Below are positions 35,952-43,987 of a DNA stretch of 64,000 bases, in pieces (the stretch's first letter is position 1; each line of letters begins with the position of its first letter). A model generated the notes under the pieces. That model was not told the DNA's origin, made no database searches, and saw only the letters and a list, made by a program, of their open reading frames with translations. The stretch covers positions 2,789,252 to 2,853,251 of the forward strand of contig OY782499.1 in the NCBI GenBank assembly GCA_963677815.1. Direction: 5' to 3'. The position numbers and the translations under genes were made by a program. Source of the DNA: Candidatus Cloacimonadales bacterium. Its GTDB lineage: Bacteria > Cloacimonadota > Cloacimonadia > Cloacimonadales > JAFGVF01.

Positions 35952-36808
35952 TATTTGAATACCTTTTTAGGTTGTAAAACAGACTTTACTACTTTAGCTA
36001 TACCCTTAGTTTGCTTGTTGTATTTTACGATTACTAACTCAGCATCAGGAAAATTATTAACACTTATCAGCCTCCCATACCAGAAATCTGAATCTTGTTT
36101 TTCATCTAGCTCAATAACTGGACAATCTATAAATTTATCGATTGGCAAGAGATATTCTTCCCAATTCTCAGGAGTTATCATATCTAAATTAACAGCATCT
36201 TCTAGATAAGAATCAGAAACAGATAAACGGTCTAATTGTACTGTTGTAGCAATTGTTCCATACATTTCAGCAATTTGTTCGGTAAGAGAACGGATATAAG
36301 TTCCTTTACTAACTTGGCATTTATAAGTTAGAAAAGGAAAAGAGTAGTCTTCAAGACTAAAATCAGATACAGTTATTGGTCTTTTTTGCATAGCAACATC
36401 TTGATTATTTCTAGCTAATTTATAGGCTCTCTGTCCGTTAACCTTTATAGCTGAATATACTGGTGGCACTTGTTCTTTCAAATTTTCTACTGCTTCTTTT
36501 AGTTTAAGTTCATCTATCTCAATATTATCAAGAAAATCTTCTTTTACCATGCTTCCAGTAGAGTCTCCAGTATCAGTTTGTATACCAAATTGCATTTTAA
36601 CTCGATAAGTTTTATCATAATTTGTTAGATATTGTGCTACTTTGGTAGCCTTACCTACTAAAATTTGCATTAACCCTTGGGCAAATGGATCAAGAGTACC
36701 TGCATGACCTATTTGTTTAATATTCGTAATTTTTCTTAGCCGTCTTATTATATCAAAAGATGTAATACCAACTGGCTTATTTACTAAAAGGACTCCGAGT
36801 TTATCCAT
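35951..36808 (-). CDS. truB: tRNA pseudouridine(55) synthase
   Basis: GVLLVNKPVGITSFD and HAGTLDPFAQG (catalytic Asp). Confidence 0.9.
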   Translation of the reverse strand: MDKLGVLLVNKPVGITSFDIIRRLRKITNIKQIGHAGTLDPFAQGLMQILVGKATKVAQYLTNYDKTYRVKMQFGIQTDTGDSTGSMVKEDFLDNIEIDELKLKEAVENLKEQVPPVYSAIKVNGQRAYKLARNNQDVAMQKRPITVSDFSLEDYSFPFLTYKCQVSKGTYIRSLTEQIAEMYGTIATTVQLDRLSVSDSYLEDAVNLDMITPENWEEYLLPIDKFIDCPVIELDEKQDSDFWYGRLISVNNFPDAELVIVKYNKQTKGIAKVVKSVLQPKKVFK

Positions 36809-37814
36809 AAATCTTTGATTGTATTTCAGCTAACACCCTTGTAATAATATCTTTTATATCACCAATAGCAGTGAAGCCAGAAGCTTTATCATGTCCTCCA
36901 CCACCAAATTTTTTAGCTATAACCTGCACGTTATGAACTTCAGATCTAATGGAAAATTTATATTCAGATTTTGATTTTTCCCAGTAATATAGGACTACTT
37001 CAACATCTTTCACACCCTTTATCCATTGGGTCATTTTAGATGTAGCAGAATCATCTAAATTATTTTCATCAAGAAATTCCCTAGTTGTGAAAAATAACAG
37101 AGTTTTGTTGTCATGAAATAACTTAATAGTAGATAAGCTTTCTCCAATCATCTTGAATTCATTAGCTTCTTTTTGATAAAGAAATTTCATAGATATATCT
37201 GCAGGAATTATCCTGTAGTCAAGCAGTTCACTACAAACATCAAATACTTCTTTATTAACATTGGTATTCAAGAAATTATTTGTATCGTTAATTATAGTAG
37301 TATAAATGGCTTGAGCATAATAGTTTTGACTTTCTTTATCAGCATTTCTAAGTTCATCTTTCAAGACCTGATATATGATAATTCCAACTGAAGTTGCTTG
37401 GTCATCAATATAGTATTCAGCATTATCAACAAGAGTCGTAATGATATGATGGTCTATTACTAATACACTTTTAGCTCTTTCAACTAAGATTTTTGCTTCA
37501 TCAATTCTATCATATCCATGACAATCAATGATTAACAAATTATCATAAGCCATATCTTGTTCAAGAGCTTTGGTATATTTATCAACACCTAAGAAATCTA
37601 GTTTATCAAGTGAATCCCCTTGCAAAACAATATCTAGTTCCATCTTCATTGAAGCTAAAAGTCTTTTTAAACCTAAACAAGCAGCTAAACCATCACCATC
37701 TGGATTGTTATGAGTAATGATAGCAATAGATTCTCCAGCTTTAACTTTGTCAAATATTACATGAAGTTTGGTATGGAGTTCAGATAAAGTATTAATCTTC
37801 TTGGCTTTCATCAT
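36801..37814 (-). CDS. DHH-family phosphoesterase (NrnA-like oligoribonuclease/pAp phosphatase)
   Basis: HNNPDGDGL, DHH and GGGH motifs. Confidence 0.8.
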   Translation of the reverse strand: MMKAKKINTLSELHTKLHVIFDKVKAGESIAIITHNNPDGDGLAACLGLKRLLASMKMELDIVLQGDSLDKLDFLGVDKYTKALEQDMAYDNLLIIDCHGYDRIDEAKILVERAKSVLVIDHHIITTLVDNAEYYIDDQATSVGIIIYQVLKDELRNADKESQNYYAQAIYTTIINDTNNFLNTNVNKEVFDVCSELLDYRIIPADISMKFLYQKEANEFKMIGESLSTIKLFHDNKTLLFFTTREFLDENNLDDSATSKMTQWIKGVKDVEVVLYYWEKSKSEYKFSIRSEVHNVQVIAKKFGGGGHDKASGFTAIGDIKDIITRVLAEIQSKIYG

Positions 37815-38157
37815 TTTCTCTATTTAGTTTATCAAAAATTGATTCTATTTTCATCAAATTGTCTTGTGATTTATCATAATAGAATCTAATATCAGGAATA
37901 ATTCTCATTATTTTAGCATCTGCAATATGTTTTTTAAACTGACCTGATGCTCTTGTTAAACATTCAATAAGTTGGTCTTTTTCTATATCTGAAGCATTAT
38001 CATAGAAGAATATTTTAGCTTGGCGTAAATCTGGAGAGACTTCAACGTCTGAAAAGAAGACACTTTTCAGACGTTCATCTCTAAGATTATATAATACTAC
38101 AGTATTAAAAAGCTTTTTTAATTCTTTCTGTAATCTTAATATTTTTATTGATGGCAT
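37792..38157 (-). CDS. rbfA: ribosome-binding factor A
   Basis: RbfA-like sequence and position after infB. I prefer ATG at 38157, 1 nt after the infB stop, over the longer ORF-track start at 38181. Confidence 0.85.
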   Translation of the reverse strand: MPSIKILRLQKELKKLFNTVVLYNLRDERLKSVFFSDVEVSPDLRQAKIFFYDNASDIEKDQLIECLTRASGQFKKHIADAKIMRIIPDIRFYYDKSQDNLMKIESIFDKLNRENDESQED

Positions 38158-38158
38158 A

Positions 38159-40960
38159 TTACAACTTCTGTTTCTCTTCAACTTCGATGTAAGATTCTAT
38201 TACATCACCTTCTTTGAGATCATTAAAGTTTTCGAAACCTATACCACATTCAGTACCAGCTTTTACAACTTTAACATCATTTGAGAAGTGTTTTAAAGAA
38301 GATAATTTACCTTCATAAAGCATCACATCATTTCTATAGATACGGGCTTTACCACTGTTTTCGATATAACCGGTTTCAACTGCACAACCTGCAATATTGC
38401 CAACTTTTTTAATTTTAAACACTTCTTTTACTCTAGCTGAACCAGTTGATTTTTCCACTAGTTTAGGTGCTAACATACCTTCCATAGCAGATCTAAGCTC
38501 TTCTATAGCGTCATAGATAATATGATAGAGTTTTATTTCAACACCTTCAAGTTCAGCTTGCTTTTGTGCCTTACCATTAGTACGAACATGGAAACCTATA
38601 ATAATAGCATTTGAAGCAGAAGCTAAAGATACATCAGCTTCATTAATACCACCTACAGATTTACGAATAATCTGTACCTTAATTTGTTCGGTAGATAATT
38701 TTTCAAATGAATCACAAAGAGCTTCTACAGAACCATCTGTATCAGCCTTAACAATTAAATCTATTGTAAGTGTTTCGTTCTCTTTTATTCTATCAAAGAT
38801 ATTATGAAGACTTGCCTTATTTTGGAAGTTTTCTCTTTCTCTTCTGATAATTGTTCTTTCAGATGATATGTTTTTTGCAACCTTATCAGATTCAACAACA
38901 TTGAGAATATCACCAGCTTTAGGAACATCATTTAGTCCATATAATCTAGCTACATCAGAAGGTCCTAATTTCTTAAGTTCCTTACCTCTTTCATCTTCAA
39001 GCTTTCTAACTTTACCATAAGTAGAGCCACAGATGATTGAATCACCCTTTTTAATGCTTCCTTGACGTAATAAAACAGTAATAATAGTACCCATGCTAGC
39101 ATCTTTTTCAGCTTCAATAACAATACCTTCACCAGGAATATCTGCTTTAGCTGTGTACTCTTCAACATCACTAGTTAACAACATTAAATCAAGCAAATCA
39201 TTAATACCTTCGCCTGTATGAGCAGAACATTTTGTCCAGAGAACATCTCCCCCATAACCTTCAAGATAAATACCTTTTTCTAGAAGTTGGGAAATAGTCT
39301 TATCAATATTCACACTAGGAAGGTCAATTTTATTAATAGCAATAATAAGAGTAACTCCAGAAGCTTTAGCATGATCTATAGCTTCAATTGTTTGAGGCAT
39401 AACACCGTCGGTAGCAGCTACAACTATTACTGCAATATCAGTAACATTAGCACCACGAGCTCTCATAGCAGAGAAAGCTTCATGACCTGGTGTATCCAAG
39501 AAAGTTATTTTTCTATCGTTATATGAAATCTGATAAGCACCTATATGTTGGGTAATTCCACCAGATTCACCTGCAACCACATTTTCATTTCTGATATAAT
39601 CTAAGATAGAAGTTTTACCATGGTCAACATGCCCCATAATAGTAACAATTGGGGGTCTTTCAACTTCTTCAGCATCTTGGAATACTTCTGCATCTTTATA
39701 GATAATTTCTTCACCTACTTCATCTTCGAACTCATAATCAATACCAAATTCAGTACACATAAGTTCCAAAGAATCACGATCTAATCTCTGGTTTATAGTA
39801 ACCATCTGACCTAGGCCAAAGAATTTTGCAATAATATCAGTTGCTGCAACACCAAGAATATTTGCTAGTTCACTCACAGAAGTAAATTCTGTAATTTTAA
39901 CTACTGCATCCTCAGGAAGTTTTTGTTTTACTTCTTTATGATATTTCTTAACTTTCTTAGTTTTCTTAAGAGTCATTTTAATATTCTTAGAGATTTGAGA
40001 TTCATCAAGCTCTGTAGGAATACTAGTATATTTATCACGTTTTTTTGCTGATTTAATCTTATTTTGTAGGTGTCTGCTTGTATCACCAAAATCTTTCGAT
40101 GATTTTTTACTCTTTCCGAATTTCTTAGAAATCTCAGGTTTATTAGCTAAATCATCTGTTGACGCAATACTTGGTGCAATAACAGTTGATTTGATGTTAT
40201 GAGAATCTCTCTTTTTAGGATCGAATTTACGACCACCATCTTTACCTGCAAAACCTGGTTTCTTATCAAAACTAGGACGACCACCATCTTTATTAAATGG
40301 TTTGCGTCTATCATTATTTTGCTTATCTCCGCGATAGTTACTTCTTCTATCTCTGTTATCATTATTCTTTTGTTGATTAGCTTTTCTTTCTTCAACATTA
40401 TCTGCATGATAGTAAGAATCAGCAGTAGCAGGCTGACTTTTTTTCTTTAACTGAGCTAAAATACTAGCTGTACTAGTAATTGGTATAGCTGTAGTTTTAG
40501 TCTTAGTTTCATCTTTACTATTCTTTGGAGATGTATTTTCTTTATTTTGCTCTTTAGGGTGATTAACTCTAGGTCTTGCATGATTTTCTGTATCACTTTT
40601 TGCTTTACTAGGTCTTTCACTTCTTTTAGCTTCATCTTTTTCTTCTTTAACTATTTCTTCTTTCTTAGCTGTTTTTACAGCATTAGCCCTTTGTTCCTCA
40701 AGTTCTTTTTTCTTTTCTCTTGCTTTTTCTTCTTGAGCTTTCAATTGACGTTGTGCATCTTCTTTATCATGCTTTTTATTAGCTGATATTTGAGCATTAA
40801 ACATAGATCTAATCTTGTTAGCTACGTCTTCATCAAGCAAGCTCATGTGGCTCTTCACTATAATACCTAAATCAGCTAAAGTCTTTTTCAAGGCAGAAGC
40901 AGAAATTTTTAACTCTTTAGCAAGTTCATGTACTCTGGTATTAGACAATATTCCTCCCAA
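38159..40960 (-). CDS. infB: translation initiation factor IF-2
   Basis: K/E/R-rich N-terminal region and G-domain GHVDHGKTS, DTPGH, NKID; 933 aa. Confidence 0.97.
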   Translation of the reverse strand: MGGILSNTRVHELAKELKISASALKKTLADLGIIVKSHMSLLDEDVANKIRSMFNAQISANKKHDKEDAQRQLKAQEEKAREKKKELEEQRANAVKTAKKEEIVKEEKDEAKRSERPSKAKSDTENHARPRVNHPKEQNKENTSPKNSKDETKTKTTAIPITSTASILAQLKKKSQPATADSYYHADNVEERKANQQKNNDNRDRRSNYRGDKQNNDRRKPFNKDGGRPSFDKKPGFAGKDGGRKFDPKKRDSHNIKSTVIAPSIASTDDLANKPEISKKFGKSKKSSKDFGDTSRHLQNKIKSAKKRDKYTSIPTELDESQISKNIKMTLKKTKKVKKYHKEVKQKLPEDAVVKITEFTSVSELANILGVAATDIIAKFFGLGQMVTINQRLDRDSLELMCTEFGIDYEFEDEVGEEIIYKDAEVFQDAEEVERPPIVTIMGHVDHGKTSILDYIRNENVVAGESGGITQHIGAYQISYNDRKITFLDTPGHEAFSAMRARGANVTDIAVIVVAATDGVMPQTIEAIDHAKASGVTLIIAINKIDLPSVNIDKTISQLLEKGIYLEGYGGDVLWTKCSAHTGEGINDLLDLMLLTSDVEEYTAKADIPGEGIVIEAEKDASMGTIITVLLRQGSIKKGDSIICGSTYGKVRKLEDERGKELKKLGPSDVARLYGLNDVPKAGDILNVVESDKVAKNISSERTIIRRERENFQNKASLHNIFDRIKENETLTIDLIVKADTDGSVEALCDSFEKLSTEQIKVQIIRKSVGGINEADVSLASASNAIIIGFHVRTNGKAQKQAELEGVEIKLYHIIYDAIEELRSAMEGMLAPKLVEKSTGSARVKEVFKIKKVGNIAGCAVETGYIENSGKARIYRNDVMLYEGKLSSLKHFSNDVKVVKAGTECGIGFENFNDLKEGDVIESYIEVEEKQKL

Positions 40961-41290
40961 TTAGTGAGTTATTAATTTCAATATTCCATTCGAAAAGTCT
41001 GTATCGGTTATTACAATAACACTCACGGGTTCATGGCCAATACTTTCACCAATACTTTGCATTGATCTTATCTGTATAATAGGGCTTTTCGAATCATTAA
41101 ATTTAGTAATTTTTTTCAAATTATTTTCCGATATGTCTTTACTTATAATTATTACTTTTATCTTTCTATTCAAAGTCTTGAGCATACCTACGCCAAACTT
41201 CAATTTACCTGCTCTCTGGGCAAATTGAAGAAGTCTTATTAGTTTCTCTTCTGTTTTTTCAGCAACCTCTTTAATCTCTTTTGTTTCCAT
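40961..41290 (-). CDS. ylxQ: L7Ae-family RNA-binding protein (YlxQ-like)
   Basis: About 100 aa, sits between ylxR and infB as in Firmicutes-type nusA operons; RAGKLKFG motif. Start uncertain (41290 or 41311); overlaps ylxR. Confidence 0.6.
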   Translation of the reverse strand: METKEIKEVAEKTEEKLIRLLQFAQRAGKLKFGVGMLKTLNRKIKVIIISKDISENNLKKITKFNDSKSPIIQIRSMQSIGESIGHEPVSVIVITDTDFSNGILKLITH

Positions 41291-41472
41291 ATAGATAATT
41301 TTTCTATACATTGGTTATTATCACAAACATAATATCCCCTGCCTGGTAAAAGTCTTTTTAAATCATAAACTAGCTTATTATCCATTACTTGAAATCTAAG
41401 TAGATTTTCCTGATTATCTTTTCTTTTACATACTACACAGGTTCGAATAGGCTTGTGAGATTCACAACACAA
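41239..41472 (-). CDS. ylxR: YlxR/RnpM-family (DUF448) RNA-binding protein
   Basis: PIRTCVVCKRK...LLRF...PGRGYYVC pattern; directly downstream of nusA. Confidence 0.8.
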   Translation of the reverse strand: MCCESHKPIRTCVVCKRKDNQENLLRFQVMDNKLVYDLKRLLPGRGYYVCDNNQCIEKLSIWKQKRLKRLLKKQKRN

Positions 41473-41473
41473 C

Positions 41474-42709
41474 TTAGAAAGCCTCCGCAGACTCTTTTAA
41501 TTTCTCAGCAGTCTTTCTTCCGATGTTTCCTAAGTTACATAATTCATCTACACTTGCTAGATAAATATCTTGAACAGAGGTATAGCCATGTGCTTTTAAA
41601 ATCTGAGCTGTATTAGGGGTAACACCATCTAGTTCAGTAACATGGTTAGTAATTCTTCTCTCTTCAGCTAACTTTGAATTATATTCTTCTTTAGTAAATA
41701 TATCAATATTATAATTAGTTAACTTGGCAGCTAATCTAACATTTTTTCCTTTCTTACCTATTGCTAAGTTCTTATTTTTTTCCTTAACAATAACCCTAGC
41801 AAATTTACCTCTCTCTGAGATGATTACTCTTTCTACTAGGTCTTTTCCAACTGCATTAGCAACATATTCATCACTGTTATCATTAGAAACAACTATATCA
41901 ATTTGTTCCCCATGAAGTTCTTTTCTAATAGAATCTATTCTTAAGCCTTTTGTTCCTAAACATGAACCAGCAGCATCAATATGATCTTTTTCAGTATAAA
42001 CCTCAACTTTAGTTCTAATACCTGGTTCTCTAACAATCTTCTTAATGATTATATCGCCATTGAAAATTTCAGGTATTTCATTTTCGAAAAGCTTTTTAAC
42101 AAACTCTGGATTAGTTCTTGAAAGAATGATGGTTACGCCAGATTCTTTTCTGCGAATGTTAGTTACATAAGCTTTTATGATATCGCCTTGTTTATAATAT
42201 TCTTCTTCTATTTGCTCTTCTGGTGGAAGCAAAGCGGTTGTATAACCGATATCAACTCTAATACCACCAAAACCTTCAGATTTAACTTTACCAGTAACAA
42301 TTGTATGTTTTTGGTTTTCAAAATGGAGAGAAGTTTTGTTAGCATCTTCACTTTTAATTCTCTCTTGAATTGCTTTCTTAGCATTCTTAATAATCTTAGG
42401 ACCAAATTCATGGAAGTGCATTTTTACTTCAACAGAATCACCAATTTCAATACCTTTACCATATTGCTTCTTAGCTTCTGAAAGAGATATTTCTCCTAAT
42501 TCAGAATCTATTGGAACTACAATTTTCTTAAAAGTTGCATAGATATCATTTGTAGCAAAATCAAGATGTATCTTTAATTCGTTTTCAGGTGATAACTTTT
42601 TAGAGATTGTAGAATACAAACTCTCCTTAATAATTTCTGTCAGCATCTCTTTATCGAGTTGCTTGAAGTTAGCCAATTGATTCAATACTACTAATATGTT
42701 AGAACTCAT
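41474..42709 (-). CDS. nusA: transcription termination/antitermination factor NusA
   Basis: S1 and two KH domains plus a C-terminal HhH-like segment. I prefer the start MSSNILVVLNQ (42709), just after the rimP stop, over 42739. Confidence 0.95.
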   Translation of the reverse strand: MSSNILVVLNQLANFKQLDKEMLTEIIKESLYSTISKKLSPENELKIHLDFATNDIYATFKKIVVPIDSELGEISLSEAKKQYGKGIEIGDSVEVKMHFHEFGPKIIKNAKKAIQERIKSEDANKTSLHFENQKHTIVTGKVKSEGFGGIRVDIGYTTALLPPEEQIEEEYYKQGDIIKAYVTNIRRKESGVTIILSRTNPEFVKKLFENEIPEIFNGDIIIKKIVREPGIRTKVEVYTEKDHIDAAGSCLGTKGLRIDSIRKELHGEQIDIVVSNDNSDEYVANAVGKDLVERVIISERGKFARVIVKEKNKNLAIGKKGKNVRLAAKLTNYNIDIFTKEEYNSKLAEERRITNHVTELDGVTPNTAQILKAHGYTSVQDIYLASVDELCNLGNIGRKTAEKLKESAEAF

Positions 42710-42710
42710 C

Positions 42711-43187
42711 TTATCTCTCCTTCTCATCTGAAAAGTCAAATATTGTTCGAGCTTTTTTAATAGAAGTAAAGGATATTACAACTTCTTCTTCATTTTTCTG
42801 AACAACTTTGATAGCTTGTGGGGTTACTTCTGCTAAGGTTCCTTCAATCACTAAACGATCATCTTCAGCTTGATATTTCACCTTAACCTTTTCATTAATA
42901 GCACTTGCATAGTGTTTTTTATATTTTAATTCACGTTCTAGACCTGGTGAAGAAACTTCTAAAGTATATTTATTCTTATAAACATCTAACAACTCTAACT
43001 CTGAGCCAATTAACCTGTTTACAGTTATACAGTCTTCTACTGCTACTCCACCAATTTTTGTTATATATATTAATGCTACTAAGCCATGATTTGTTTGTTT
43101 TTCTTCTACATCATACAAAGCTACACCGGCTTCCTTAGCAGCTCTTTTAGCAACATCTTCTAATATCTTTTCTCTTTCGCTTATCAT
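42711..43187 (-). CDS. rimP: ribosome maturation factor RimP
   Basis: 158 aa with an LEVSSPGLERELK motif; first gene of the nusA-infB operon. Confidence 0.85.
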   Translation of the reverse strand: MISEREKILEDVAKRAAKEAGVALYDVEEKQTNHGLVALIYITKIGGVAVEDCITVNRLIGSELELLDVYKNKYTLEVSSPGLERELKYKKHYASAINEKVKVKYQAEDDRLVIEGTLAEVTPQAIKVVQKNEEEVVISFTSIKKARTIFDFSDEKER

Positions 43188-43215
43188 TATTATACACCTT
43201 TAATAATAAATTAAA

Positions 43216-43245
43216 AACCACTGTTAGCAATTCGTCACAGTGGTT
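43216..43245 (-). promoter_or_regulatory. terminator-like hairpin in the leader of the rimP-nusA-infB operon (candidate attenuator)
   Basis: On the minus strand: AACCACTGT-12 nt-ACAGTGGTT followed by TTTAATTTATT, ending about 28 nt before the rimP ATG. There is no upstream co-directional gene for it to terminate. Confidence 0.45.
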
Positions 43246-43304
43246 AGACATTTTATAAACTTATCTATATCAATATTTTATAATTTTTTCTATTCTATTT
43301 TATT

Positions 43305-43344
43305 CATACTTTTACAGTATTATTTTTTCTTCCTAAACTGTCAA
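43305..43344 (-). promoter_or_regulatory. possible sigma-70-type promoter of the rimP operon
   Basis: On the minus strand, TTGACA (43344-43339) is followed after 16-17 nt by TAATACT (weak -10). Confidence 0.3.
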
Positions 43345-43369
43345 GACCTTCTTTGAATTTTTAAACTTT

Positions 43370-43629
43370 TTAACCTAAATGGTATAGTAGTGCTTTAGTA
43401 ATCCCCTTCTTTGAGGGGGATACAGGGGGTGATTCCATAAAGACCTATAAAATCCCCTTCTTTGAGGGGGATATAGGGGGTGATTCCATAAAGACGTATA
43501 AAATCCCCTTCTTTGAGGGGGATACAGGGGGTGATTCCATAAAGACCTATAATATCCCCTTCTTTGAGGGGGATTTTGCATAAGAATATAGTGCTATTCT
43601 CAAAGCTCTACTGCATTATTGGGGTCAAT
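43370..43629 (+). mobile_element. TIR element copy D with its central 51-bp module tandemly amplified (about 3.5 copies)
   Basis: Left end is TTAACCTAAATGGTATAGTAGTGCTTTAGTAAT; right end is ...CTCAAAGCTCTACTGCATTATTGGGGTCAA. AATCCCC unit starts at 43400, 43451, 43502 and 43553 (period 51). Confidence 0.8.
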
Positions 43630-43727
43630 ACTTTTCCTCTTCATTTATTTATAGGGTCCAAAATTTCAATTTTGGTTCATTTATAAAAAATAACATGAAA
43701 TTTCACCTTGACTTAACTGGGGTTTAT

Positions 43728-43925
43728 GGACTGGAAATTATGGACTGGCGGCATCTTGCCACCAGACTAAACAGGCCTACCGAGCCTGTTGTGGATGCAA
43801 GATGCATCCACTCCATACTTCCATACTAACCCTGCTTGCTAAAAATCTACAAAGATGTCGCTTTCTACCAAGATGTCACTCCTAGCAGAGCTTTAACTGG
43901 CAAAACAAGCATCCCTGCTTGCAAA
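43728..43925. repeat. cluster of hairpin modules (CTGGCGGC-atctt-GCCACCAG; ACAGGC-ctaccga-GCCTGT; GTGGATGC-aagat-GCATCCAC + TCCATAC; CAAGCA-tccc-TGCTTG)
   Basis: Stems read directly. The same flanking words (TATGGACTG..., ...CCACTCCATAC) recur at 55627-55821. Confidence 0.8.
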
Positions 43926-43987
43926 AAATCAAAAAGCAATTATATTATATTTTGTAGAATAATATCTTACAAAATAAGGAGCATTAA

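Noticed and set aside
43375-43581. ORF-track ORF (68 aa, minus strand) with repeated YPPQRRGFYRSLWNHPL
   Set aside because: It lies entirely inside the 51-bp amplified core of MITE copy D. The period is divisible by 3, which explains the open frame. There is no RBS.
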